Numbered from the stretch's first letter, positions 9,977-23,500 are shown. The stretch is DNA of 64,000 nt from Azolla caroliniana (GCA_043228905.1 JBHGNT010000002.1:18352001-18416000); one strand, 5' to 3'. Program-made: numbers and translations. Notes: generated by a model from the sequence alone, not told the origin.

Positions 9977-10474
9977 TCAGACGTGGTTTTCTTCGACCAA
10001 TAACATCGATTGGAGGTCGAAGAACGAAGGAGGGTTATCTCTCGCCAAGATTTCCATACGTAGTGGATCAAATCGTTGTGCGAGGCCGCCCAAGCATACT
10101 TGAACCATCTCGTCTTCGTTGATGTTTATGTTGATGGAGCCAAGCGAGTCACAAATGCTCTTGATTTTGGCGGTGTAGTCCAACACGGACATGCCTTTTT
10201 GCCGAATGTTATTCAACTCTTGCCGGAGTTGAAGTTTGCGGGTGGTCGTGTTGGTGACGAACATTTTCTTTAAGTTCTCCCATGCCTCTTTAGGCGTCTT
10301 GGCGTCTCGAATGTGGCTAAGAATATGGTCGTGGACACATGTTGCCAAGCAATACATTACCCGACTCGCTCCTTGCTCCCACGTTGGGTAGTTGGCGTTT
10401 GTGTTGTCGGGCTTGTTCTCGAGTGCGTCCTTGATGTAGCTCCAATACCCTTGGCCGACAAGGTATTGGGTCAT
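9977..10474 (-). pseudogene. gag: Copia B Gag (N-terminal deletion, CGA>TGA stop before pol)
   Basis: YLVGQGYWSYI and AKTPKEAWENLK. Comparison with copy F shows the stop at 9977 is a mutated Arg codon. Confidence 0.85.
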
Positions 10475-11122
10475 CTTGTACTCCCAAGATGAATCATGTT
10501 GTTTTGTGTCTTGTTGGCTCTTCTTTCTTCGATAATGTACTTTTGCTACGTAGCGGCACTATGGTAGCGAATGGTCGGAATTTGTCGTCAGCGTTTTGAA
10601 CACACAATCACGGAGTGTCGAGTGGGCTTAGTGGATATGCTAAACCACACGCTCTGATACCATGTTAAGGATTAGGTAATTAATTAAGGAATAATTATTA
10701 CCTAATTATGTGATTAAGTTAAGAGATTACGTAGCGGAAGATTAAGTGATATGTGTGTGTATGTGTGTGTGAGAGGAAGAGAGAGAGAAGTACACTTATA
10801 ACACAAAAGCAAGATGGGGGATGATAAAGTACATTAAAAGGTAAATATCATCTTGAACTATCATCGAATACAAAAATACCTTCAATGAGGTATATATAGG
10901 TTTCATGTGCAAGGGTGCACATGTGCTAGGAGAATATAGGTACAATGTGTAAGTCCTATATTAAATGAGCATGGAGTGGCGGATCTACAATGTATCCCAC
11001 TCGAGTACAAAATCCTATTTAAGGCTTTATGGTCAACACACTAACTAGATTCTATCTAGGTAACTACTAAGTTACATGTGTTGACTAACTAACTAAACTA
11101 AGTTGAACTTGATCACTCAACA

Positions 11123-13335
11123 GGTAGATCCATGTGTGCCGGCTGTAGTCGTCGATGAAGGAGACGAAATATCGACTAACCGCCAAGACTAACATTCTGT
11201 GTCGGTCCCCATACATCCGAATGTATCAAATTGAGCTTGTTACGGTTCCAGTTTCTTTCGGTGGGGAATGGAAGCCGGTGTTGCTTCCCGAGTTGGCAGG
11301 CTTCACAAATTTGAGCCTTCCCACCACTGAATTTCAGCAAACCGAAAACAACCTATTTTGATTGCAGGTCTTGAAGCCTCTAATAGTTGATGTGACCAAT
11401 CCGCTTGTGCCATAGATCGATATCCGACTCAATCTTCTGACCCTTTGTGAACATAGCGGTGCGAATGTCATTGGTGTCGAGGATGAACATCCTCCCGTCC
11501 CAGCGCCCTTGCGCAATAATTTGGCCCTCTTCCTCAATGAAGCACCCGAGGTGCGTGAACCGCACCTGCATCCCCTGGTCGACGATCTGCCCGACCGACA
11601 CCAGGTTCTTTGTGATTGTCGGAACATGTAGTGCGTTCATCAGCTTTCCCTTTTGTTCCACATGGCTTAAAGAGACTTCTTTGACATGCACAATCGGGTG
11701 AGGAGTGTTGTCTCCGGTTTGACAACTCTCGGTTGCTCCATCTTTTCCAAAAACGAGGACCACTCTTCATGGCTCGTCATGTGGTTTGATGCTCCGGAGT
11801 CAATGTACCACACTTCCTCCGATCTGGAAGTTGTCTTCTTCATTGAGTTTGCCTTGTGCTTCATCACAAAGGCTGGCCTTTGTCCGGTCTTTTCGTTTCC
11901 GGATCCTTCTGATCCTTCAGCATAGTGCGAGCTTTGCTGGTTTCCTCGACCAGCCTTGCCGAATCCGGATTTGTCCAAATAGGCACGCTTCTTCCAGCAC
12001 TCCATACCAGTATTCCATTTCGGTCTTTGATTGCTGGTTTCATCGGCCACTTTGACTCCCCCTACTTGTGGAGGGTCTGGAACTGTTGTCAACACTATCT
12101 CCGTGCCTCTAGTTCTGCTCTTGCCGGCCGCCTGCATTGCATGTCGACCCACCTCGTCCTCCATGCCCACAAGGCCGATCCGCCTCCATGTACAACATTT
12201 GGTTGTCCGATTGAGGGGTCCTCGAACCAGTCGCGTGGTTTTCTTCAACCACGAGCATTGATTGCAGGTCGAAGTAGGACAGTGTCTTCTCCCGGGTTTA
12301 AATCGCTATCCAGATTGGCCCGTACCGGAGTGCTAGACAACCGAGGTAGATTTGAACCATATCGTCGTCGTCCACAATCACATTGATGGACCCGAGCGTG
12401 TCATAGATCTCCTTGATCTTGGTGGTGTAGTTGATAACCGACATATCCCGTTGCCGGATATTGTTGAGGTCTTGTTGGAGCTGCAATTTCCGACCCGTGG
12501 TACTTGCGGCGAAAATCTTCCGGAGATTTTCCCAGACCTCTTTCGATGTTTTTGCATCCCTGATGTAGCCAAGAATCTGGTCGTGCACACAAGATGCGAG
12601 ACAATACAATACTTTGCTCACTCCTTGTTCCCATACTAGGAAGTCCTTGTGTGTCGAATTTGGTGATGCTACATTCACTCCTTCCACGTAGCTCCATTAT
12701 CCATGCCCCAACAATACTGGTGCATTTTATATTACCACGACGCATAATTGCCCCGGTCAAGCTTTTCTGTTGGAAGCGAGCTTGCCATGCTTTTATCCAT
12801 ATCTTCATTCTTTTCGGTCTGTGCTTTTCCGGAAGTTAGGGTTTGTCTTTGGAAATCGCTTGTCGGTAGCAAAGGTTCTCAACCCTCGCGCTTTGACACC
12901 GTGTAAAAGAATACAACAACGGAAGCTTTGACAAAATCGGTTACACCGGATAGCGACAGAGAATAAACATAGGTTTAATGGAAGCTTATAATACATAGTA
13001 CACATGAGAGACAAAGAGAGCAGAATAACATTAAACTCAATTCAAAATAATAACACGTTGTGTATACAAATGTCCTACATAACACTTTTTATACAAGTCC
13101 TTAAAAGGATTGACAGGTACTTCAATGCTCATACGAGTGACTAACACTAACTCTAAGGAATCTGCCTACATACTAGGCTAAGATTGTAGACCTCTAACGG
13201 CCTACCGGTTACAATCTGATCCAACTCCTGGTTCTGGATACCATCCGGACACCTACCCGGTTCTCCGTTCCGGATACTGATCCGGCTCTGGTTTATTTAG
13301 CCGATCCGGATCCGATTGAGCTTGTCCGCTCAACA
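11123..13335 (-). mobile_element. Copia A 5' half (5' LTR 12902-13335, decayed PBS, Gag-PR-INT start)
   Basis: LTR TGTAAAA...CAACA related to the Copia D LTR. Decayed Met PBS GCTTTGACACCG at 12890-12901. WYIDSGASNHM, LWHKRIGH and RYFVSFIDDYSRHTWIY, with many frameshifts. Confidence 0.85.
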
Positions 13336-13336
13336 C

Positions 13337-14460
13337 CAAGACACGGCTTCATGGAATGCTGTAAATCTAGGATATGCCAACCACAAAAAAGGTTATAAAG
13401 TGTTCAATTGCTTTGAAGTAATGCAAAAGTCATTGGCAATTTGTTTGAAATAGATGCCATTCAAAAAGGGGATGCAACAAAGCATGCAATAATGGAAAAT
13501 ATTACTATGCAAAATTCAAATGATTCATCTCAAACTATGAGTATGAAACAGAATCTTGATGTGGATGGTGAAATGGGGCATTTTTGAAGATCCTAGCAGA
13601 CATACTCTTCAGTGGTGTTCTGATTTTTTTGGCAACAATGGTTATTCCAAAATTGTGAATGTACTTCAAGAGGGGACATGCCTCATTCCAAATGAAGTAT
13701 CCTTGCAGGTATTCATGTATTCCTTTATCATTGAGCAAGAATGTGATATCTGAGAATCAACATGTAGAAAAATGGGGAAAAACATTTGATCTGATGCAGA
13801 AAGCTACCACAACCATAGGTAGATAAGATTCAATAGACCAACTGAAAGTCAATGAACATGGGTATGTGATTGTTCCATCAGAACTACTAAAACAAATTGT
13901 AAAACAGCCAGAAACCCAAGATCTTGAGACCGCAAGTCTGCCAAGCATTTTAGATTTTATCAATACGGATTCATCTAATCAAAGTCTTCAAGTACATTCA
14001 GATGTTCTCATCACCAAGAAATTCATAAAACTTGAGGGAAGTCTTGAAGTTCTTGCATCAACATTAACTACTGTTAAAGACACTCATTTCGATGATATAG
14101 TCTTGAAGCATTAGGATCGGAACTAAAAGTAGAAACTAATGGAAAAGATCCTCATTCTAGTGCCATAGTTGCAAAAGAATGTGACAGACAAGGCGTTGTG
14201 GATATTGAAGAGAAGCTCAATTTGGTGAACATTGGAAGTAGGGCTGAGGCGTGATTTGGAGAAGCTGGCTAATCAAAATAAGAGACGGAAGGCTTAGTAA
14301 TATATGTGGCATAGACTACATTGATAAATGTCATTGGTGGTAATTCCTTGATTGATATGGATGTTAAATGTGGTTGGATTGCTGAAGCTACATGACTGTT
14401 CAAGAGTTTCTAATTAAATATGTTGCAATATTCATTGTAATAGTGGACTGTTTTGTATAT
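13337..14460 (+). pseudogene. Degenerate PLS-PPR fragments
   Basis: QDTASWNAVNLGYAN at ~13337, IPNEVS at ~13690 and NVIGGNSLIDMDVKCGW at ~14330, broken by stops. Confidence 0.5.
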
Positions 14461-15525
14461 TGACTTCTTTAATACCTATGGAGGATTTTTTTTTGAAAAA
14501 AAGAAAAAGAAAAACTTTTGTTGCATTATGTACACAAACATCTAAGTACATGTTTAAGTAAAAGGGGATTCTATGCCTGAAGTTTGATCACTGGGAGAAT
14601 TTGTAAACATACGAGAGCTCACAAAGAAACGTTGTAAAGGGCATAGACATTTTTGAGGTTTTGCATGAATATTGCTCAAAACCAGGATCATCAGTTTTTC
14701 TACTTCCATTAGGAATCCACGACTCTAAAGATTTCTCCTCGAAGAGATGATGCTTCCATAAAAGCACAATGATGTTTTCTATTAGGAATCCATGTCTCTT
14801 TAAATGTTTCCAATTGATGATACATATTCTACTTAAAGTAAAATGAGAACATCAATGATGCATTCAGTTTTGATGGTGAATTTTAATGCAAACTTAAGTT
14901 CAATCAAGAAGGCAACATTAATAAGAACCATTCCTTCATCGATGTTGCTTGGTTGAACAGAGCACAAACAATATCAGAGCTACATGGCTGTGGTTTTGCA
15001 TTCCAAGAGAAAATGTGAAATGATTAGGATTGAGAAAATCAAGCTATATCTTACTATGAGATGCCCATGTATTTTGAAAGAATAGTAATATTTAGTATTG
15101 CACGATAGAGGAGATATATCGTAATTACACATTAACTTGTCTATATCTTCAAAACTTAGCTCAGTATCATAGCTAGAGTTTGTTAGGAATTGTCGATATG
15201 TTCCTTATTGTGGATTCTATATAATTTACAAATGTTTTTCCTTTCAAGTGTCTCAAAGGGTTTAATGCTTGTCTCAAATGTGTTGGATTCTGTGATGAGA
15301 AGCCATGCTAGGTTAATCAAAGTGTGTTTGAGGACTTCATATTTTATGTCCATTGGGTTGTTTCGCATTTTCTAAGTAGCTGCAACAGGTGTCAGCTTAT
15401 GCATCTTGTTAAGCTTTTGTCCTTTGAATTATTTTCTTACAAAATATACATGTGGGCAGATTAGGCAGATGATGTTTTGAGAAAACATGATGCATGACCC
15501 AAAATCTGGCATCAAATACAGTTCT

Positions 15526-17520
15526 TTACATTCCCGACAAATAAGCTTTATTCAAACTTTCGACTTCATCCCAGAAATATTTTGCTTTCATAACCTCAAT
15601 CTCCTTTGCGTCTTGATGCATGCCAGCAGTTACATAAATATTGGCCATCAAGATATATGATGATGTGTTGTGACTATCTAGTTGAATTGCCCGTTCAAAA
15701 GCGATTTTCCCAAGCTCCACATTTACCCATTTTTGGCAGGCACCCAATATTGCATCCCAAACTAGAAGATAATCACAATGAGGGAACTGTCTAATTACAG
15801 TACTCACCTTCTCAAAGTTTCCTACTCGGCCAAAAAGATCAATCATGCAAGTGTGGTGTTCTATATCTTGCATGATGCCATATTGTTGGCTCATATCGAC
15901 AAAACAAATCTCACCCTCAATCACTAAACCCGAACGACTACATGCATTCAAGATGCAACGAAATGTTACTGTGTTTGGAGACACTCCCTCCCTTTGCATA
16001 CTACTCAAACAATTTAATGCTTCCTCACCCTGCCCATGTTGAGCATACCCAGCAATGAGTGTATTCCAAGACACAATGTCTCGAAAAGGAAGCTTCTTAA
16101 ACACTTCCTCTGCTTTTACCAATGTGCCGCATTTGGCATACATATCAACCAATGCAGTGCCAAGAACAATATCTTTTGGCACAAATCCTTTCCTGAATAC
16201 CTCATCGTGAATTTCATCACCTTTCTCAATGGACCCAATGATACCACATGCTTTTAAAATACACCCAAATGTCTTGGCATCTGGAGAAATTCCTTCATCT
16301 TGCATTTTGTTAAAACAGTCCAATGCTTCTTCACATTGTCCTTGTTCAGCATATCCTGCAATGATTGTATTCCAAGACACCGTATCTCGATAAGGAAGTT
16401 CATATAGCACTTGTTGTGCTTTACAAAACTCACCACATTTAACATACATGTTGATAAGTGCAGTTCCAAGCACAATGTTGTTCCTCACAAACCCCTTCTG
16501 GGTGATCTCACTATGTATCTGTATGCCAGTGGTAATAGCCATTGTTTTCGCACAAGCTTTCAATAATGAAATAAAAGTCACTGAATTCGGTGAGAGGCCA
16601 CAGCTTTTCATCCTACCATAGCAAGTCAGAGCTTCTTTGTCATGTCCATGAAGGACATATCCAGAAATGATAGTGGACCAAGAAACCACATTCCGCATCG
16701 GAAGCTCTTTAAGCACTTGCTCAGCTTTTCCTAACACACCACATTTGGCATACATATCAATCAAGCAATTTCCAAGCATCACATCCTTCCTGAGTAACCC
16801 TTTACCTATGATTTCATCATGAATTTCTTTGCCTTTGTGAACATCTTGTACGTTACCACATGCCTTCAAAATGCACATAAAAGTGACTGAATCTGGAGAG
16901 ATGCCTTCCCGTCGCATTCTTTCAAAGCAAAGAAGAGCTTCTTTACTCTGCCCATGTCGAGCATACCCTGTTATTAACACATTCCAAGAGATGACATTAC
17001 GACTGCGAAGTTCATTGAACATTTCTTCCGCCTTCGACATTTGATCGCATTTCGCATACATATCCACCAAAGAGGTGCCAAGAACCACATCTTTACCAAG
17101 CAAACCTTTCCGTATGATTTCATCATGAATCTCTTTACCTTTTTCCAAACACTCTATACTTGCACAAGCTTTCAAGATACAACTATATGTTATCGAATCA
17201 GGCCATGACATATCTTCATTGCACATATGATGGAAACAATCCATGGCTTCCTTATTGTGACCACTTTTAACATATCCTGCAATAAGTGCATTCCAAGCAA
17301 TGGTGTCTCGAACAGGAAGAGATTCCAGGGTTTTCTTAGATCTTTCCAAAGAACCACATTTCACATACATGCTCACTAAATCACTGCCAATGTGAGGATA
17401 TTTTTCAAGCAACCCTCTCTGCAGTATATCTGCATGTATTTTCTTTCCTCCCTCTAGATCCTTCTCTTTGGCACAAGCTCTGAGTAATGAGGCGACAGAA
17501 GAAGCAAACGCTCTCGTCAT
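15526..17520 (-). CDS. PLS-class pentatricopeptide repeat protein, E subgroup (no DYW); likely organellar RNA-editing specificity factor
   Basis: About 17 L/S/P motifs (ILKAC, LVDMYAKCG, SWNxLIxGY), then S2 (EHHTCMIDLFGR), E1 (VWDAILGAC) and E2 (SYILMANIY). Uninterrupted ORF. First ATG at 17520; the track start at 17526 is GTG. Confidence 0.93.
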   Translation of the reverse strand: MTRAFASSVASLLRACAKEKDLEGGKKIHADILQRGLLEKYPHIGSDLVSMYVKCGSLERSKKTLESLPVRDTIAWNALIAGYVKSGHNKEAMDCFHHMCNEDMSWPDSITYSCILKACASIECLEKGKEIHDEIIRKGLLGKDVVLGTSLVDMYAKCDQMSKAEEMFNELRSRNVISWNVLITGYARHGQSKEALLCFERMRREGISPDSVTFMCILKACGNVQDVHKGKEIHDEIIGKGLLRKDVMLGNCLIDMYAKCGVLGKAEQVLKELPMRNVVSWSTIISGYVLHGHDKEALTCYGRMKSCGLSPNSVTFISLLKACAKTMAITTGIQIHSEITQKGFVRNNIVLGTALINMYVKCGEFCKAQQVLYELPYRDTVSWNTIIAGYAEQGQCEEALDCFNKMQDEGISPDAKTFGCILKACGIIGSIEKGDEIHDEVFRKGFVPKDIVLGTALVDMYAKCGTLVKAEEVFKKLPFRDIVSWNTLIAGYAQHGQGEEALNCLSSMQREGVSPNTVTFRCILNACSRSGLVIEGEICFVDMSQQYGIMQDIEHHTCMIDLFGRVGNFEKVSTVIRQFPHCDYLLVWDAILGACQKWVNVELGKIAFERAIQLDSHNTSSYILMANIYVTAGMHQDAKEIEVMKAKYFWDEVESLNKAYLSGM

Positions 17521-18299
17521 GGCCACGACTCATCGTCGTCATCGTCTTCTTCCTTCTCCCCTGTTTCTGATCTCATCCTTGTACTGATAATAAATACTGC
17601 TGGATCAATAGTTCGAAACTAATAGCTACAGGTTTTGAAACCTTCAAAGTGTGTATCCATCATTGGATTCATAACTTACCTTACCACTCTTTAAGTTTCT
17701 TTTCTAAAGGATGAAATTTGTCAATGATTACCCCAAGCTTTGAAGATGATCTCGTGACCAATGTAATCGTCGTAATGGTGCTTCTTCACAATCAAAATGT
17801 TTGGTACAACGTCTCCGACGAAAATGTGATTCGCTACCAAAGTCTTTCGATAATACTGCCTTCAAAGGGCCTATTATTGTGGAAACTAGAAATCGCGAGA
17901 CATTTGCAAGAGCAAGTATGTGCGCAATAGAATCATGTTCCCGTTATTTCATTGTTGATGTGGAATGCTATGGAACTTTGCATTAGTACAACACAAGTTG
18001 CCTAGGAAAATTCTAGTGGGCCAAGAAGGTGAAAACACCTCGTCAAAATGACAAGGAGAAGTTGTAGCAATGAGCACCAAAGAAACCATTGTAATTTGGT
18101 TACACTAAGGCTATTATATTATAGCATGGATTATATTCTCGCTAGTTGTATCAATGTTCTATTGTAGTTTTTCAATGCATTTTTTTATGTAAGGTTCATA
18201 TGAAGAAATTGTATGTACTTAAATAGACCTTTTAAAAAAAATATCCTCGATATTAAAATTAAAGTAAATAATATACATATATTGTCTTGCATCTCTTCA

Positions 18300-18620
18300 A
18301 AACTCATCAGCATATCGATGGTCTCTATAGCCTCTTTTGAGTGCATTCCATGAGAAGATATTTGAAACCATAATTGTGCTAAATGTTTTTTGTACAGTTT
18401 CTTCGTTTCGAGCATATCTCGAAATTAAACTAGTCCATTCAATAAGACTTCTTGCTTGTCTTATAGCAAAGACTTGTTGAGCTTCAAGCATACTTCCACA
18501 TTTTGCATACATCTCAATAAGAGCACTTGTTTCTGTGACCACCATGTTCTGCCAAGACATTTGAGCATGGAAGTTGTATTTAAATAGACTTTTATTATTG
18601 CAATGTGGACTTGAACATTA
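18300..18620 (-). pseudogene. PLS-PPR relic (S and P motifs)
   Basis: SALIEMYAKCGSMLEAQQVF...EWTSLISRYA, then FSWNA, with frameshifts. Confidence 0.65.
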
Positions 18621-20551
18621 CACATATGGACTTGAACAATGTGCTTTGCACATGAAATTATTTTCTTATAGGCCAAACGGCCATCATTCTCTATGTAGAA
18701 CACCTACATTGATGTAGTTCGTTCTCATCATTTCTCTTTTTCAAGAAAAATGTTGTCATTTTCACTCTTTATCGTGGAAAAAATGACAATGACAATTTTT
18801 GTAAAGCTATTTTCACTCTTTGTATTTCTTTTGACTAAGTAAAATTTGAAAAGTTTTATAATACATAAGCATGACGTTAAACCACTTTAGCCGAAAGCAC
18901 AACATTGATCAATATCTAAATATAATGATTCATAAAGTGAATATAGCATGGAAAATAATAATAATTAAGCAAAATAATAATAATAATATTAGTAGTAGTT
19001 AGTTTCTTATGAAGATGGTTTCTCTCATGATCTTTTATAAAGCCACCACCATCTTTGTGTTGGTTAGGGCATTTTATCATAATAATAAATTGTTTCTCTC
19101 ATTCTCTCTCTCTCTCTTCTTTTCTTCTATCTATCTCTTTCTTTTCCTACAATCTCAAAACATATGCCCTTATTGTAATTCAACGCTTTATGCCCTTACT
19201 AAAACACAAATAGTTGTAGTGTCAAAAAAATCGACAAATAACAAAGTCAAGTTTGTGTTTGCCTTCGCTAATCTAGATAACCATCTCCAATAATGGCACA
19301 ATTCATGTTTTCGTCCAACAAACGAAAATTTACTATTGAGAAACTACCAGACACAAATAATCGAATATGGAAGGCAAGATTAGAATTACTGTTTAAATAT
19401 AATAAACTATGGGATATAATTTCAGGATCATAAAAATGGGATATAATTTCATCATGATCATAAAAAAAACTTGGAAAAGAAGAAGATCGTGAAGAATATG
19501 AGGAAAAGGACCTGTGCGCAAGAATGGAATACTTATGCATGTAAGTGATGTCACCAATGAAACAACAAGGAAAATGGAGATGACACAAGAAATGTGGAAG
19601 CATCTGCAAACTATCTACGAACCCAAAAATGATGCCCAACAAGTCCACACACTTCAAGCATTTGTCAACTACAAAATGATGGACAAACAACTGGTTGGTG
19701 AATTTCTCTCAATACGGCAAAAGAAATTAGACAATGTATTAACTTGATTGGAAATTCAAAGTAAATTACAAAAGGTTTTCCTTCTTGGTGCTCTTCCTCA
19801 CTCACGGTCAACATTTAGAACCACCTAAAACTCTTCAAATTGTTCCACATTAATTCATCTTCTTGTGAATATTAGATAGGAAGAAACAATGTGTTCACAA
19901 AGGACTCCCAATTCAACTCCAAGCATGGCAATGGTAGCATACAAAAACAAAAGGTTCAACCAAAGAGGAGAAATCTCAAAGTCATTGATAAGGAAAGCTC
20001 CAAACACTAATCCAAGAGGAATGCGGTTTAACAATTCTTATTGTAAAATCTGTAAACGTAGTAATCACGCAACGAAATATTGTCGTTCTAAGTCAAATTT
20101 CAGGAATTACCAACCTTGGAGGCATGTACAAGCCCATATTGTTGAAGAATAAATGCATGATGATGAAGACATAGGAGATGGATATCATAATGGAGAAAAT
20201 CAAAATGATGACACATATGATGATGTTCTTCAAGCATTCTTTGCCGAATCACTTTCTGCTACTACTCCAAATCGAAGTAATGTAAAAGACATATGGTATC
20301 TTGAAACTGGTGCTACTAACCACTCAACTAGAAAGATTGGCTATGTAATTATAAGCAAGTTGAACCCCATATCATAGTAAGATTTGGTAATAATAGAACT
20401 AAACAAGGTATCAATTGGCAAGGGTGAAATTACTTTTGAGATTACCGAAGGAAGACACTTCATAGTAGATGAAGTTCTCTATGTCCCATGCATCACCAAA
20501 CACTTGCTATCTATTAGTCAAGCAACCAAAAATGGTACCATCATTGAATTT

Positions 20552-23500
20552 TGTAAAAAGTAGCGTGCGGAAGCAAGTATGAAGACTGAACAGAAGGAAG
20601 GAAACTCAGGTTTAATGGAGAGCTTGAGCTTACACAGTATACGCGGGAGAGACGGAGAGAGTGAGAGAGAAGACACTAGAAAATTATATTCAAGAAAAAA
20701 ACAACAATACATATATGTGTTCAATGAACACTTTGTACAAGTCCTAGAAGGACTGACCGGAGTACTGACAGTACTTCAATGCTCATTAAGAGCTCCTACA
20801 CCAACTCCCAAATATATTCCTCACGGAATATCTTTCCTAACGGCCTAACCGATCGGTCCCAACCGATCTGGTCCTCGGCTTCTTCAGCCGATTCGGCCGA
20901 TGTTGAGCTTGTCTCTCAACACTCCCCCTCAAGCTCAACTTGAGGCTCTTCGGGATCTTTGGGCTCACAGCTCCTGTTCCTCCTGGCTTCACGCCTCGCT
21001 CGCGCTCCTCGACCTGTTTGACTCCGCGCGCTTCGACCCTTCCGGTCGGCTTGTTTGCTCATGTGGCCCTTATCAGCTCTTCTGCTGTTGCGGTGTCGAC
21101 ACTTCTTCTGCTGCCTTTTCTTCCGCTTGGGCCTCGGTTGATTCAACGTGTCTGAATCAAACATCCGAATCGACTCGGCTACCTCTGATCGGTTTTCGCT
21201 CTCGTCTGAGTTGGCTGTCTCCAACTCATCTTCGGTCTTCTCGCCCTCGATGGCATCATCTTCCCCATGCGTGGTTGGCTTCGGCTCTCTCCTTCGGCTA
21301 CTCCCCTTCTGTCCGCTTCCAGACTTTTCCGTGGGTCCGTCCTCGGCTTCTTTAGCCGATCCGAAGTCAAACTCGACAACCGACTCGGTGTCGCGGTCTC
21401 CGCTCCTTTCATGCTGCCTTGCTTGGTCGTTCGGGACTGTTCTCCCCCTCAAGTTTGGCACGTCGAGGTGACACAATCCGAGCGCACCTGAGAATTGCCG
21501 CAACTTGTCCAGACCAAGAGGCTTAGTGAAGATATCGGCAATCTGCCGATCCGTCGGAACGTACTGAAGTTCGACTTCACCGGAAAGGACACGCTCACGG
21601 ACGAAATGGTAGTGCACCTCAATGTGCTTGGTCCGTGTGTGGAAAACGGGGTTCTTCGCGAGCTGGATGCTGCTGAGATTGTCGCAATAGATCGTCGTCG
21701 GATCTGACACCTCCTCTTCCAGGTCCTTAAGTAGTCACTTCAACCATATGGCTTCGCATGTCGTGGCTGCCGTTCCTCGGTACTCAGCTTCGGTGCTCGA
21801 CAGTGCAACTGTCAGTTGCTTCTTACTGCTCCACGTGATCACGGCACTCCCGAGGGAGAACGTGTATCCAGACGTGGATCAACGATCGGCGGCGTTGCCA
21901 GCCCAATCAGCATCGGTGTAGCTGACTAACTGCGCGGCTGCAGTGGTCCGATATAGTAGTCCGCGGTCCTTAGTGCCGCTTACGTACCGTAGTACGCGTT
22001 GCGCACACTAAAGGTGCTCCTCGGTAGGTCGCACCATGAACTGACTGATCACCCTGACCGGATAACTGAGGTCGGGTCGGGTGATGGTCAAGTATATGAG
22101 GCTTCCGAAAATTTGTCGGAACCTCGTCGGGTCGCATACCTTTCCCGTATCAGGGCGAAGCTTGACGGTTCTGTCCAGAGGAGTCGAGACGGACTTACAG
22201 TCGGCCATCCCGAGTTTTAAGAGCATACCCAGCACGTAATGACGTTGGCTGATCAATATGCCTTCGGGGGTACGGATCACTTTGATCCCGAGGAAGTAAT
22301 GAAGGTCCCCCAGATCCTTCATGTCGAACGATGCCGCAAGTTGGAGCTTCACGTGGTCGATTTCACCTAGGTCGGCACCGGTGATGACCACATCATCAAC
22401 ATACAGTAAAATACTAACCGGTCCGAGTCGACCTTTCCGGATGAACAGGGAAGGGTCCGATTTTGTCGTGACGAAGCCCATCCGACGCAGTTGTTGCGTG
22501 ATCTTCGCGTTCCAGGCACGTGGGGCTTGCTTCAGTCCATAAAGGGACTTCTTCAGTCGGCATACTGCTGAGGAGTTCGTTTCAGAGTGAAATTCGGAGG
22601 GTTGTACCATGTACACCTGTTCCTCAAGGTCACCTTGCAGGAACGCATTCTTTACATCCATTTGATGTAGGTGCCACCCCTTGGCCGCGGCTACTACGAG
22701 CAAAACACGGACGGTCGTCATTTTCGCGACCGGCGCAAATGTCTCATCGTAGTCGATGCCGTGTTTCTGCGTGTAGCCCTTTGCCACTAGCCGAGCCTTG
22801 TACCGGTTGACTGAGCCATCGGTGTTGTACTTGACTTTGTACACCCACCTACACCCGATCGGTTTTACCCCTCTTGGTGCGTCAACCAGGTCCCAGGTCT
22901 CGTTCTCTGCCAATGCGTGCATCTCTTCCTCCATCGCGGCACGCCAAGTCGCGTCTTTAGCCGCTTCTGCGTAGCTCTCCGGCTCACGCACTTCCGCTAC
23001 ACGGGTCATGTACGCATAATGATGCGCCATGTACTCGTTGTATCCGAACCGCGAAACAGGATTCTTCTGGCGGGTAGATCGGCGTAATCTCGCATTAGCT
23101 GATGTCGAGGCCTTCTTGGTCGACGCGGACTTCCCTTTTAAAGACCCGTCACCGGTTCCCTCGGAGTCGAACTCGCGTCGGTCTGACTCGTTCCTATCCA
23201 TGCCGGAATCCGACACCTTCTTCTTCCCTTTCTCTTTGCGCGTAAGCCGTCTCCTCGACTTCCTGTGCGGGGAATGCACGGCCGAGTCTCCAGTACTCGC
23301 CGGCTCTTCATCGAACTGGTAGTACCGACTCAGTCGTCCAATCGGTCCACTTAAACGGAGTGAAATCAGACTCTCTTCGCGGGTCTCGATTTCGGGCTCA
23401 TCCGGAGGCATCTTAGCCTCGCTGACCTCATCGTCAGAGCTCTGATTGGGGGCGGGGTTCAGAGTCGGGGGCAGGTACCAGGACGCGGACTCGTCAAACA

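Larger units (their letters stand above)
4279..11122 (-). mobile_element. Ty1/Copia element B, non-autonomous (Gag-PR-INT, no RT/RNase H)
   Basis: 5' LTR 10663-11122. tRNA-iMet PBS at 10651-10662 (plus strand GCTCTGATACCA). PPT at 7687-7698. 3' LTR 4279-7686, split by X2. Flanks CGCCA/GGTAG do not match, so no TSD. Same family as F. Confidence 0.9.

Noticed and set aside
13866-14114. 82-aa ORF between PPR relics
   Set aside because: No recognisable motif, GTG start, no supporting gene structure.
18712-19290. Candidate 5' LTR of Copia C
   Set aside because: No PBS and no matching 3' copy found after 47185.
20518-20848. Short ORFs repeated at 25841-26110, and similar pairs in other LTRs
   Set aside because: They recur only because LTRs are duplicated; no coding evidence.
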